Positions 20,440 through 29,812 of a stretch of DNA of 32,000 nucleotides are shown piece by piece. The DNA comes from Trichodesmium erythraeum IMS101. Lineage in GTDB: Bacteria; Cyanobacteriota; Cyanobacteriia; Cyanobacteriales; Microcoleaceae. The stretch spans positions 7,200,001 through 7,232,000 of the forward strand of contig NC_008312.1 in assembly GCF_000014265.1 (NCBI RefSeq). The letters run 5' to 3'. Below the pieces are notes generated by a model that was given only the letters and a program-made list of their open reading frames with translations, was not told where the DNA came from and made no database searches. The translations under genes and the position numbers were made by a program. Numbering within the stretch: position 1 is the stretch's first letter; each line of letters starts with the position of its first letter.

Positions 20440-20917
20440 CTGATAATCCTGCTAAATCTCCTGTAATTAAATTCGCTTATTCCAAGAATAATTTAGGTAA
20501 ATATTCACATGCTATTAATAGCTTTTTCATTCGGTTTAAGTTGAATATATTTACCTTGCTTTAACCAAAACCAATCAAATTATCCATCATAAACTCCCTA
20601 AACTAAATATTCTTAAGCTTGATTACTTCGATCAGCTTTTAACTTATCATGTATATCAAATTAGGCGGTACTAGCTAACATTTCTACAATTAACTCTGGG
20701 GTATCTTATACATAGCCATCTTTGCTAATTTATAGATTATCCATTCTTAGTGATTTTCAATAAAGCATTAAGTTTAGGTTTATTGTCAGCATTAAGACAC
20801 ACTGTACAATTATCTACTACTTTAACTCCAAGTGTAGCTAACCAATATTTACTATACCTCGCCATAATTTAGATCATGAGGTTCTCTATCTTGGCTAAAT
20901 CTTAAAGATAATGCCAT
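20440..20917 (-). pseudogene. Uma2-family (DUF820) endonuclease pseudogene
   Basis: Minus-strand fragments TPELIVEMLASTA*FDIHDKLKA...EYLV*GVYDG*FDWFWLKQGKYIQLKPNEK resemble the Uma2 pattern (PDL.VE.LSPS...D...K...Y...EYW.VD...L..G.Y). There are many stops and frameshifts. Confidence 0.45.
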
Positions 20918-20981
20918 ATAAACAATTCATTCAATTAATTCAATTGATTTGGCTTTTTTAACATAAAACATTTGCTCATAA

Positions 20982-21738
20982 CAGACTGTTTGTCAAAAAA
21001 AGCTAAAGATGGCCATGAAGAAGTATTGAAGTTAGGAAAAATGGAAACAATGAGCACTATCAAATAAATGTCCCGAAAATTTTTAGTTAGGGCTCTAAAC
21101 TCTCACCAGTGGTAACTACTCCAACCTCTGCTACCAAAACCTCTCTCAACGAAGGCCAAAACCAAATGCTAATCTCAAAAAAGTAGTAAATGGTATATTC
21201 TATATCCTTTAGCCTGCTTGTTATTGGTGTTCTTTGCCCCAGGAGCTACCTCTTTGGTAAACTGTGTCAAATTACTTTCGTAGATGGTGGTAAAAAAGTA
21301 AAAAGTCCTAAGGGTAATATCTTGGTTGATACTCAAGGAAGACTACTAGAAGTAGTAATAAGTGAGGCAAATATAGGAGACCATTAGGGTCTACAGCCCT
21401 GGTCTAGGAACAGGGTGTAAATATTCCAGAAGGACGAATTAGTCTAGACTGAGTCTGGTTATAGAGTACCAAAATTTGCTATGGCGATCGCAGACCTGAT
21501 TTTAGAAGAGTGGAAATACTCAAGGTTAATACTCAAGAATTTGAAGTCTTAGCTAGACGATGGGTAGTAGAGAAAACTTTTCCATAGCTCGTTCAGAACC
21601 GACCTTTAGCTATGAGCTATGAACAATTATCTAAGATTAGTAAAGCTATTATTTAGACTGCAATGATTACATTGATGTTAGGAAAGCTTGGTACTAAAAA
21701 CTCAGGCCGTTCTTAATATTTGTTTTACAACCAGTCTC
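20982..21738 (+). mobile_element. Defective IS5-family insertion sequence
   Basis: Imperfect terminal inverted repeats: CAGACTGTTTGTCAAAA (from 20982), and the reverse complement of 21721-21738, GAGACTGGTTGTAAAACA. TAA flanks both sides (20979-20981 and 21739-21741). Confidence 0.7.
21068..21716 (+). pseudogene. IS5-family (DDE) transposase pseudogene
   Basis: Translation gives MSRKFLVRALNSHQW*. It continues ...VDGGKKVKSPKGNILVDTQGRLLEVVISEANIGDH*...RRWVVEKTFP*LVQNRPLAMSYEQLSKISKAII*TAMITLMLGKL, interrupted by stops and frameshifts. Confidence 0.75.
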
Positions 21739-22152
21739 TAACGCTGTTAAAATTCAAAAGTCATTAGTTATTCTCAGTTGTCTTGAGTTGGAATTGTTTT
21801 TTAAGTTTTAATATAGTTTTAAACATAATAATTACCTTTTAATTAAATGTGCCTTTCAAAAATATATATTCATAGGTTTTATTGCTGCATTAGCTATAAT
21901 AAAATTTTTGTTTTTTTACCTATTTTTTTTGAGTTTCCTAACGTCAATAAAACCGACCATTGTTAATTATTTATAATCACCATAAAAAAAAACATAATCT
22001 TTGATATTACTCATAACAAAAAAATAAAGTCTCAAATCTATCCTTTTCAAGGGATGAATAAAATGCCATACATATTTCAATTCTTTGCTGAGTTCCCTTA
22101 GTACTAATAACTAATAACTGAAAGAGCTTATTTCTTCAAATGACTCCTAATA

Positions 22153-23097
22153 TTAATGTGCAATACTAATACCACTAGAATTAAACTGTGCTATCCAAAA
22201 TTCTAAATCTGGGTCAGCCATTTTCTCTTTTACCGCTGCCCTCACTTCTTCTGCTTGAGATTGAGATTCTGTTAAAGCAAACATAGTTGGTCCTGAACCA
22301 GACATCATAGTTCCTAATACATTTTCCGAGGCAAAAGCCTCCCTTAATTTTAATAATTGGGGATATTCTGACAAAGCCACCTTTTCTAGATCATTATGCA
22401 ATAGTTCACCAACTTCCTTATAGTTGTGCTCAACGATCGCCGATACCATCGGTCCAGAATGTACTCTTTGCCTACTACTTTTCTGACTTTCTGTATCGCT
22501 AATATAAGTATGGCCAAACTTTTGACGATAAGTTTTATATGCCCAAGGTGTAGAAATAGAGAGATTTTTGTATTTAGCTAAAACCACATAAATATGGTCT
22601 AAATTTGGCAGTGGAGAAAGTATTTCACCTCGCCTCGTTCCCAATGCAGTTCCCCCACCAATACAGAAAGGAACGTCTGAACCCAACCGTGCTCCCAACT
22701 CTTGTAATTCCCTGTGAGTTAAACCCAGTTCCCACATTAAGTCTAGACCAACTAATACTGCCGCTGCATTTGTCGAACCTCCTGCTAACCCGGCTGCCAT
22801 AGGAATATACTTATTGATAGTAATTTCAACACCTCCGTATCGAGCAAATACTTCTGGAAATTCTTTGCTCATCAGGGAAGCTGCTCGGTAAGCAATATTG
22901 TCTACATCTTGAGGCACTAAAGGATGGTCGCATCGCACTACAATAGTCTCAATGCCAATCGAACGAATATGTATTTTGTCTGCTAGACTAATGCTTTGCA
23001 AGACCATTGCTAATTCGTGATAACCGTCTGGGCGATCGCCGATAATTTCCAGATACAGATTAATTTTGCCAGGAGCAATTAATGAGTAGGAACGCAT
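22153..23097 (-). CDS. ispE: 4-(cytidine 5'-diphospho)-2-C-methyl-D-erythritol kinase
   Basis: GHMP kinase motifs: APGKINLYLEI..DRPDGYHEL and PMAAGLAGGSTNAAA. Confidence 0.95.
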   Translation of the reverse strand: MRSYSLIAPGKINLYLEIIGDRPDGYHELAMVLQSISLADKIHIRSIGIETIVVRCDHPLVPQDVDNIAYRAASLMSKEFPEVFARYGGVEITINKYIPMAAGLAGGSTNAAAVLVGLDLMWELGLTHRELQELGARLGSDVPFCIGGGTALGTRRGEILSPLPNLDHIYVVLAKYKNLSISTPWAYKTYRQKFGHTYISDTESQKSSRQRVHSGPMVSAIVEHNYKEVGELLHNDLEKVALSEYPQLLKLREAFASENVLGTMMSGSGPTMFALTESQSQAEEVRAAVKEKMADPDLEFWIAQFNSSGISIAH

Positions 23098-23984
23098 TTT
23101 AAGTGGTTTAGTTTAGATAGTTTTATTATTTTAATTTATATTAGTATGGAGCTTTGTTGTACAAAAAAGAGAAATTAGAGTAATATTACAGCAGTAAGTT
23201 GCACAATAAAATAAGGCCAAAGTCCAGAGAAAATTACATGGTCAGGGAAAATGGAAAACCATGGTTTATTGTCTAGGTAAGCGCCTGACTCTACTTAAGT
23301 TGCATTTGGGAGTAGATTAGGCAATAGGAGAAATTGTTATGTGTCACAGCTGTGGTAACAACTAATTATGTTAATGATGACGAAGTTTTTTGAGACTTAC
23401 ATATCCGAAGCTGAAGGTAAGATTTTCCAAGTTTGATAGGGATAGTGCTGATGATAAGTACAAATTTTAAAAAGTAGCTAGCTAGCGGAGAGGCAAACCA
23501 ACCATTTCACCTCACAAAAATGCCGTAATTAGGCAACGCCCGAAATTGTAATGCTCCACCTCAGCTGAGATACGAGATGCAAGAGAGATATCCCTCGGGT
23601 AGGAGGTAAAAAATGGAAACTTGAGAGCGAATACTATCGGCACTCCTTATGGTTTTGTGTAGTATTTGGTAAGGAAAACAACAACAATAAGAATGAAATC
23701 GGATGAAAGATTTAGACGATCGCTTTATGTTAGCTGCTGTAGGACTCTGAAATTTCTACTTGATAGTAGCCTAGGTTAGTGGGTACAGCGGAAAATTTGA
23801 CAATATTATTTTCCTAGTTTTAAGATCTTATTTAGCGACAAGTCTAATGTTGATATATATTCAAGGGTATTTGCTGCTCCTATTTTTAACCAATATAATG
23901 CTTGTGCTTTTTGCTTGAACAATAATTGCTATCTGTTAAGATAATATTTTTTAAGTTCTGCGACTGATTCAAGAATATCTAGTT

Positions 23985-24395
23985 TAATAAGACATACCAT
24001 TGATAGATCTCAGAAACCTGATTTTTCTTAACGAAACAGGGTAAAATTAGGTAATTAATAGAATATATGCCAGAAGCCTTGCATGAGAAAGGATCAATAA
24101 TAAACGCCGACCGAAATCAAAGAAAAAATGTGACAATGGTTGGGGCTATAAATGATTCAGGTTTCATTGCTACAATGACTTGACCAAGCGGATTAAAAAC
24201 AGCCAAGTAAGTTGGTCTTGAAATTGATTGCTATGTAACAACATGTAAATTCACCTCTAATCAACTCTGTAGATGAGCTTGAAGTCAGTATACAAATCTT
24301 AATATGGCCAAGCTTTTTCATGCCTAGCTACTTAATTTTTGAGTTGATCTGACGTATAGTGCCTTTGGGTATGTCGTGACCAATCTTAAAAAATA
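23985..24395 (+). pseudogene. IS630-family transposase fragment
   Basis: Translation gives IDLRNLIFLNETG*..RIYARS...KKNVTMVGAI-like, then KLFHA*LL.F*VDL (compare LF.LP.YSPELNPIE). The sequence is heavily degraded and I found no terminal repeats. Confidence 0.5.
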
Positions 24396-24400
24396 GCCAT

Positions 24401-24432
24401 AAAAAAAATAGCCAGAGAATATCATCCCTGGC
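24401..24432 (-). terminator. Possible Rho-independent terminator about 400 nt downstream of rbp copy A
   Basis: On the minus strand, GCCAG-N12-CTGGC is followed by TATTTTTTTT. The stem is only 5 bp. Confidence 0.3.
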
Positions 24433-24826
24433 CAAAAACTTACGTATCAGAAAATTAAATTACATTTGGTTAACAGATATTATGAGTGCTAACACTTTTC
24501 TATTAGTAATGTATGTACAGTAGAACTTTATCTACTGAGGGGAGAGATCCTAATGTTAACAAAGTTTTCTTATTTGAGCTTTTACTACATATTTCATCTT
24601 GGTTGTGGGCTCTCATAGAAGTTGATTGCTTGACTAGACTAGCAGTTATTTATCAAAATAGGGGAAAACTCATCGTTAACTAGAGACAGAACCTCTAACT
24701 ACTCTGGCGTATTAGACTATAGTATGGTTACTAACTTTGGCTACAAAACTATAAACCTTATCAGCCAGATGCTTAACACTCACTGCTAAGGTAGTATCAG
24801 TACTTTATATTCACAGAATAAATGGC

Positions 24827-25120
24827 TTAATATCTTCCACCGGCACCGGGATCCCTTCGATTGCTTGGTTTACGTTCTTCACGAGGCTTAGCCTTATTAA
24901 CCTTTATATCACGACCCATCCATTCAGCACTATCAAGTGCATCAATAGCTTTCTGTTCTTCTTCTTCACTGCTCATTTCTACAAATCCAAAGCCACGGGG
25001 ACGTCCTGTTTCTCGATCAGTTGGTAACTGAACCCTCTTGACAGTACCATATTCTGCAAAAACCTCAGATAAGTCCTCTTGTGTGACATCGTAGGATAAG
25101 TTACCTACATAAATTGACAT
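24827..25120 (-). CDS. RRM-type RNA-binding protein (cyanobacterial Rbp), copy A, 97 aa
   Basis: RNP2 IYVGNL and RNP1 RGFGFVEM. The start is the ATG at 25120, preceded by GGGAGAAAATCT. The longer ORF in the track is a translated 5' leader. Confidence 0.95.
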   Translation of the reverse strand: MSIYVGNLSYDVTQEDLSEVFAEYGTVKRVQLPTDRETGRPRGFGFVEMSSEEEEQKAIDALDSAEWMGRDIKVNKAKPREERKPSNRRDPGAGGRY

Positions 25121-25244
25121 AGATTTTCTCCCAAATTTAGAGATGTGTAGAGATTTAGACTTCGGAGAGAAGCTTGTCAATAACGACAGGACAGTAACCC
25201 TCAATATGAACAAACATTATAACCGATCTTTTTCTCATTGTCAT
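25121..25244 (-). promoter_or_regulatory. Promoter and about 90-nt 5' leader of rbp copy A
   Basis: On the minus strand: -35 ATGACA (25239-25244), a 17-nt spacer, and -10 TATAAT (25216-25221). In the leader, UUCUCUCC (25164-25171) is complementary to the SD GGGAGAA (25126-25132). Confidence 0.5.
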
Positions 25245-25522
25245 CCCATATCTTAACACAAGAGATACTAAACATTCAGAAATTTCTGTGAAAATATATA
25301 AACTACAAGATGGTCGGGGGTTATCTCTCAATGTTTACAAGAAAATCTTGTAAACACTTTTACTACATATGTCGCCTTGGCTTTTGGCAGTCATAGAAGT
25401 TAATTGCTTGACCAGGATAGCGGTGTGAGTTATCATGAGAGGGGCTACAAGCGTGGCCTGGCGCCGGCACTCCTAACTACTTTATTTGTTAGAGCGTAGC
25501 ATGATTAGTAGTTTCATATCTC

Positions 25523-25635
25523 GGCGTTGCTGATGGGTGGGTATGATTTGTATTTTTTGGCAGTTACTAAACTATTGAATAACAAGTATTTGAAATTATT
25601 CAGTTTTGATTTTCATACCTTGAAGAAGCAACGCC
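25523..25635. mobile_element. MITE-like 113-bp insertion
   Basis: Terminal inverted repeats GGCGTTGCT (25523-25531) and AGCAACGCC (25627-25635). It is flanked by an identical 11-bp direct repeat TTTCATATCTC (25512-25522 and 25636-25646). It is absent from the homologous position of rbp cassette A. Confidence 0.5.
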
Positions 25636-25719
25636 TTTCATATCTCAAACTATAAACATCAGGACTCATATCCCTATCACTGCTGCTGACTACCACGGTC
25701 TCGGTCTTCTCGTGAAGAA

Positions 25720-26028
25720 TTATTGAAATTTACCTCCTCGTGAATAATTAGGACTATTGCGCCGATTACCACCAGAACCACGATCTTCACGAGGCTTAGC
25801 CTTATTAACCTTTATATCACGACCCATCCATTCAGCACCATCAAGTGCTTCAATAGCTTTCTGTTCTTCATTTTCACTGCTCATTTCTACAAATCCAAAG
25901 CCACGGGGACGCCCTGTCTCTCGGTCAGTTGGTAACTGAACCCGCTTGACAGTACCATATTCTGCAAAAACCTCGCTTAAGTCATCTTGTGTGACATCGT
26001 AGGATAAGTTACCTACATAAATTGACAT
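25720..26028 (-). CDS. RRM-type RNA-binding protein (cyanobacterial Rbp), copy B, 102 aa
   Basis: Same RNP1 and RNP2 motifs as copy A. It diverges only in the C-terminal tail (REDRGSGGNRRNSPNYSRGGKFQ versus REERKPSNRRDPGAGGRY). Start is the ATG at 26028. Confidence 0.95.
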   Translation of the reverse strand: MSIYVGNLSYDVTQDDLSEVFAEYGTVKRVQLPTDRETGRPRGFGFVEMSSENEEQKAIEALDGAEWMGRDIKVNKAKPREDRGSGGNRRNSPNYSRGGKFQ

Positions 26029-26152
26029 AGATTTTCTCCCAAATTTAGAGATGTGTAGAGATTTAGACTTCGGAGAGAAGCTTGCCAATAACGACAGGAC
26101 AGTAACCCTCAATATGAACAAACATTACAACCGATCTCTTTCTCATTATCAC
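26029..26152 (-). promoter_or_regulatory. Promoter and 5' leader of rbp copy B
   Basis: -35 GTGATA (26147-26152), a 17-nt spacer, and -10 TGTAAT (26124-26129). The leader differs from copy A at a single position over about 90 nt. Confidence 0.5.
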
Positions 26153-26252
26153 TATATATTCTAACACAAGATATACTAAATATTCAAATATTTTTGTGAA
26201 GATACATGAACTCCTATAACATTGAAACATTTTATGAAGCTCTAAGATTGAT

Positions 26253-26292
26253 AAAAAAAGGTTATCACATCATTATATATAATATGATAACC
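26253..26292 (-). terminator. Rho-independent terminator of the pnt operon
   Basis: On the minus strand, GGTTATCA-N17-TGATAACC is followed by TTTTTTTAT. It lies about 105 nt after the pntB stop. Confidence 0.65.
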
Positions 26293-26397
26293 ATTAAAAA
26301 CTGAACAATAGCTTGCTGAGTAACACTTGCAGAAGCATTCAGCATTGTTCATTAAATATAGATAGGGCAGGATTAATAGAATAAGTTATTCTAAATA

Positions 26398-27804
26398 TTA
26401 AAGTTGTTTGACCTCAGAAACCAACTTAGCAACCATATCCTTAGCACTGCCAAACAGCATCATAGTCTTGTCCTTGTAGAACAAATCATTGTCCACTCCA
26501 GCAAAACCAGTGCTGAGGCCGCGTTTAATCACAATAGTATGCTTAGCCTTATCTACATCTAGAATTGGCATTCCATATATAGGACTATTCTGGTCCGCAC
26601 GAGCTGCCGGATTTACCACATCATTAGCCCCAATCACTAAGGCCACATCTGCCTGGTCAAAATGAGGATTGATGTCATCCATATCGTATAATTGAGGATA
26701 AGGGACATTTGCTTCTGCTAATAATACATTCATGTGTCCAGGCATCCGGCCAGCAACTGGGTGAATAGCATATTTAACCTCAACCCCTAATCCTTCCAAC
26801 TGGTCTGATAATTCCCGGACAGAATGTTGAGCTTGAGCAACGGCCATACCATAACCAGGCACAATTACTACAGAGCGAGCATAACCCAACATCATTGCAC
26901 CCTCTTCTGGGTCAATACTACGAACCGTATTATCAGTCTTGCCACCTGTACCGGCAGCAACGCTACCACCTTCACCAGTACCAAATGCAGCAAATAGTAC
27001 ATTAGTTAAGGAACGGTTCATACCCTTACACATGATAACTGTAAGAATAATACCAGAAGCACCAACTAATGCACCAGCGATGATTAACATATTGTTCATC
27101 ACCACAAAACCAGCAGCACTAGCAGCTAATCCAGAGAATGAGTTCAACAAAGAAATTACCACTGGCATATCACCGCCACCAATGGGAACCACAAACATTA
27201 TACCTAATACCAAAGACACACCTAGCAATGCCAAAAATACGGGTACATTAAATGGTGTGACACACATATAAACACTGGCAACAATAAACCCACCAAATAA
27301 TAGAGCATTAACAGGTTGTTGCAATGGGAAAGTAATCGGAGAACCACTTATAATTCCCTGTAGTTTGGCAAAAGCAATTAAGGAGCCGGTAAAAGTTACC
27401 CCACCAATTAATACCCCTAGTAATGCCGTAATAGTAGTGGGTAATGGGGGTGAGCTCCCAACAGCTAGAAACCTCCAAAATTCACCGACTGCAACCATTG
27501 CAGAAGCAGCACCACCCAAACCGTTGAATAAACCAACCATTTGAGGCATGGCAGTCATTTCTACTTTCACTGCAGCGATCGCTCCAATAATTGAACCGAT
27601 GACAATACCCAATAAAATCATCTCATAGTTCAAAACTTCTTTTTCTAGTAGGGTTGCTACAATAGCAATCAACATTCCTACTGATGCTAACAAATTACCA
27701 TTCCGGGCCGTAGCTGGAGAACCCAGCTTTTTCAGGCCTACAAAAAATAGAGATACCGCTACCAGATAGCTTAACTGAATTCCAGTTGGTATAAAGTCAG
27801 TCAT
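26398..27804 (-). CDS. pntB: NAD(P) transhydrogenase subunit beta
   Basis: 468 aa. N-terminal multi-TM region plus C-terminal NADP(H)-binding domain (VVIVPGYGMAVAQAQH, GANDVVNPAA). Confidence 0.95.
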   Translation of the reverse strand: MTDFIPTGIQLSYLVAVSLFFVGLKKLGSPATARNGNLLASVGMLIAIVATLLEKEVLNYEMILLGIVIGSIIGAIAAVKVEMTAMPQMVGLFNGLGGAASAMVAVGEFWRFLAVGSSPPLPTTITALLGVLIGGVTFTGSLIAFAKLQGIISGSPITFPLQQPVNALLFGGFIVASVYMCVTPFNVPVFLALLGVSLVLGIMFVVPIGGGDMPVVISLLNSFSGLAASAAGFVVMNNMLIIAGALVGASGIILTVIMCKGMNRSLTNVLFAAFGTGEGGSVAAGTGGKTDNTVRSIDPEEGAMMLGYARSVVIVPGYGMAVAQAQHSVRELSDQLEGLGVEVKYAIHPVAGRMPGHMNVLLAEANVPYPQLYDMDDINPHFDQADVALVIGANDVVNPAARADQNSPIYGMPILDVDKAKHTIVIKRGLSTGFAGVDNDLFYKDKTMMLFGSAKDMVAKLVSEVKQL

Positions 27805-28094
27805 GATGTAGCCTCCTTCTTCTTAAACATTTGCAACATTCTATCCGTTACCAAAAAGCCACCAACTACATTAATGGTGGCAAAGACTACAGCAATTAAA
27901 CCTAAAATTACAGTGACATTCCAATCTTTGTCACCAGCAATAATTAATGCCCCTAAAACTGCAATTCCTGAAATAGCATTAGCTCCAGACATCAGGGGTG
28001 TGTGCAGAGTTGGCGGTACTTTGTTAATAACCTCAAATCCGGCAAATGAAGCCAAGACGAATACAAATAAAGCTGCAATTAATGTTTCACTCAT
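27801..28094 (-). CDS. pntA: NAD(P) transhydrogenase subunit alpha part 2 (membrane part)
   Basis: 97 aa with 3 TM segments. Its stop overlaps the pntB start in ATGA (27801-27804). Confidence 0.9.
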   Translation of the reverse strand: MSETLIAALFVFVLASFAGFEVINKVPPTLHTPLMSGANAISGIAVLGALIIAGDKDWNVTVILGLIAVVFATINVVGGFLVTDRMLQMFKKKEATS

Positions 28095-28304
28095 TGTTTT
28101 TTTTAAAGTTAATTATTGATTTTTTTGTTATTGGGAAAGCTTTATAGCAGTTTTCATTATTTAAAAATACAGATATTTTAATTGAAAAAGACATAAAGTA
28201 AAAGGTAGAGTGCAGAAGTTTTTTGTAGTCTACCTTTGTGAAAATCTCCTTCTTAACAATAAAAAACCCTCCTGCTGAATGCCGATCACTTAATACTTTT
28301 TTGA

Positions 28305-29447
28305 TCAACCACCAATAGTAACTCTTAGAGCATCTTTGACTTTTTGATTGCGAATTTCACCTCCATGGGTAACACAAGCACCAGCAATGATATCATCTTC
28401 AAAGTCAAGATTGAGTTCTCCATCTTTAATCATCAACTTGAGTAAAGCAGAAATATTTTTAGCATATAATTCACTAGCGTGAACTGGCATAGTTGCTGGT
28501 AAATTTAAAGGACCAATAATAGTCACGCCATTCCACTGTACATCTTTACCTGGTTGAGTACATTCACAATTACCTCCTTGTCCAGCTGCCATATCAACTA
28601 TTACTGTTCCTGGTTTCATTTGCTCTACCATTTCCTTAGTTACTAGCAATGGTGCTTTTTTACCAGGAACTTGAGCAGTGGTAATGACAATGTCTGAAAC
28701 AGCAACATGCTGTGTCAGAACTTCACGAGTATGCTGTTTAGCTTGCTCGGAAAGTTCTTTTGCGTATCCTCCCTCAGCAACAGTATCTTCTTTGAGGCTC
28801 ACATCTACAAATTTTGCTCCCAAACTTTGTACTTGTTCTTTAACTTCTGGACGGATATCAAATGCTTCTACTACAGCACCAAGACGACGAGCAGTAGCGA
28901 TCGCCTGTAAACCAGCAACTCCTGCCCCCATCACTAATACTTTAGCAGGTTTAATAGTACCTGCTGCGGTAGTTAACATTGGGAAAAACTTAGGTAAAGC
29001 AGCAGACGCCAGCAAAACCGCCTTATATCCACCAATATTAGCTTGGGAAGATAAAGCATCCATAACTTGTGCTCTACTAGTACGAGGAATTAGCTCCATA
29101 CTAAATGCAGTTACTTTCCTTTCAGCTAAACGCTTTACAATAGTTGGGTTTCCTAGGGGGTTGAGGAAACTAATAACAATGCTGCCCTCCCGTAATTTGT
29201 CCACTTCTGATTCCTCTAGTACTCCAATTTTTAGGAGCACCTTAGTTTTACCCCACAGAGCATTACTATCAGAAATGATTTTTGCTCCAGCTTGTTCATA
29301 AGCTCTATCAAAGAAAAAAGATTTTTCTCCTGCACCTGCTTCTACTTGTATTTCTAGCCCTTGTTTAACTAATTTGGCTATAACATCAGGAACTAAGGCC
29401 ACACGACATTCATTGACCAAAATTTCCTTAGCTACCGATATTTTCAT
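28305..29447 (-). CDS. pntA: NAD(P) transhydrogenase subunit alpha part 1 (dI, NAD(H)-binding)
   Basis: 380 aa. AlaDH/PNT family with Rossmann motif VLVMGAGVAGLQAI. Confidence 0.95.
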   Translation of the reverse strand: MKISVAKEILVNECRVALVPDVIAKLVKQGLEIQVEAGAGEKSFFFDRAYEQAGAKIISDSNALWGKTKVLLKIGVLEESEVDKLREGSIVISFLNPLGNPTIVKRLAERKVTAFSMELIPRTSRAQVMDALSSQANIGGYKAVLLASAALPKFFPMLTTAAGTIKPAKVLVMGAGVAGLQAIATARRLGAVVEAFDIRPEVKEQVQSLGAKFVDVSLKEDTVAEGGYAKELSEQAKQHTREVLTQHVAVSDIVITTAQVPGKKAPLLVTKEMVEQMKPGTVIVDMAAGQGGNCECTQPGKDVQWNGVTIIGPLNLPATMPVHASELYAKNISALLKLMIKDGELNLDFEDDIIAGACVTHGGEIRNQKVKDALRVTIGG

Positions 29448-29786
29448 AAATTCTCCCTTAAAGCAGTCTTTAGATTATAGTTTTTTACTATTTGCTTATT
29501 ATCTAAAATTATCAGGCTTATATTTCGTTGCTCATTGCTATCTTTAACTTATCTTATGAATTCAAAGTGGCCAGCTAAAAAAAATGGTTACTTTATAATT
29601 CCCAAAATCATTATTACAGCACTTTTCAAATTGATGAATTACATAGCCATAACCAAAAGCTTCTAGGTATGCCCTAATACAAGGTTTCTACTGTGGTCTA
29701 CCTATATAAAAACTGCTGTAAAATATTTAACAAATTTCCATTCAATTAATTTCAAGGGGGTATTAGGTATGAGATTTTTGTTGATA

Positions 29787-29812
29787 GGTGTCAAAATCAA
29801 GATTTTGACACC
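29787..29812. repeat. Perfect palindrome GGTGTCAAAATC-AA-GATTTTGACACC
   Basis: 12-bp arms with a 2-bp centre. It is nested inside a 7-bp inverted repeat GGTATGA (29766-29772) / TCATACC (29832-29838). It lies in the divergent pntAA / DUF2808 intergenic region. Confidence 0.9.

Noticed and set aside
21190-21387. ORF of 65 aa listed in the track
   Set aside because: It is not an independent gene. It is the longest surviving open piece of the IS5 transposase pseudogene (VDGGKKVK...ILVDTQG motif).
22605-22802. Plus-strand ORF of 65 aa
   Set aside because: It is antisense inside ispE.
23556-23600. TPP-riboswitch-like GCTGAGA box
   Set aside because: The rest of the THI-box consensus (ACCTGATCTGGATAATGCCAGCG) is absent, and there is no thiamine gene downstream.
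23098-23900. Relic of rsmA (ksgA), which I recall often precedes ispE
   Set aside because: Minus-strand translations show only vague resemblances to the family. I could not align the SAM-binding or NIPYNI motifs convincingly.
25121-25213. 31-codon N-terminal extension (MFILRVTVLSLL...) of both rbp ORFs, also at 26029-26121
   Set aside because: The extension starts at TTG and translates the 5' leader. The canonical Rbp start MSIYVGNL has its own SD. The predicted -10 element lies only about 3 nt upstream of the extension, so the TSS would fall inside it.
25757-25939. Plus-strand ORF of 60 aa
   Set aside because: It is antisense inside rbp copy B.
26939-28119. Plus-strand ORFs 26939-27271 and 27874-28119
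   Set aside because: They are antisense to pntB and pntAB. Their P/A/T-rich products are typical of shadows of membrane genes.
28087-28308. Minus-strand ORF of 73 aa filling the pntAA-pntAB spacer
   Set aside because: It overlaps both neighbouring genes at its ends. It is K/F/I-rich and has no SD. It is most likely a chance ORF in an AT-rich spacer.
28678-29301. Plus-strand ORFs of 207 aa and 67 aa
   Set aside because: They are antisense inside pntAA, whose frame has clear AlaDH/PNT motifs.
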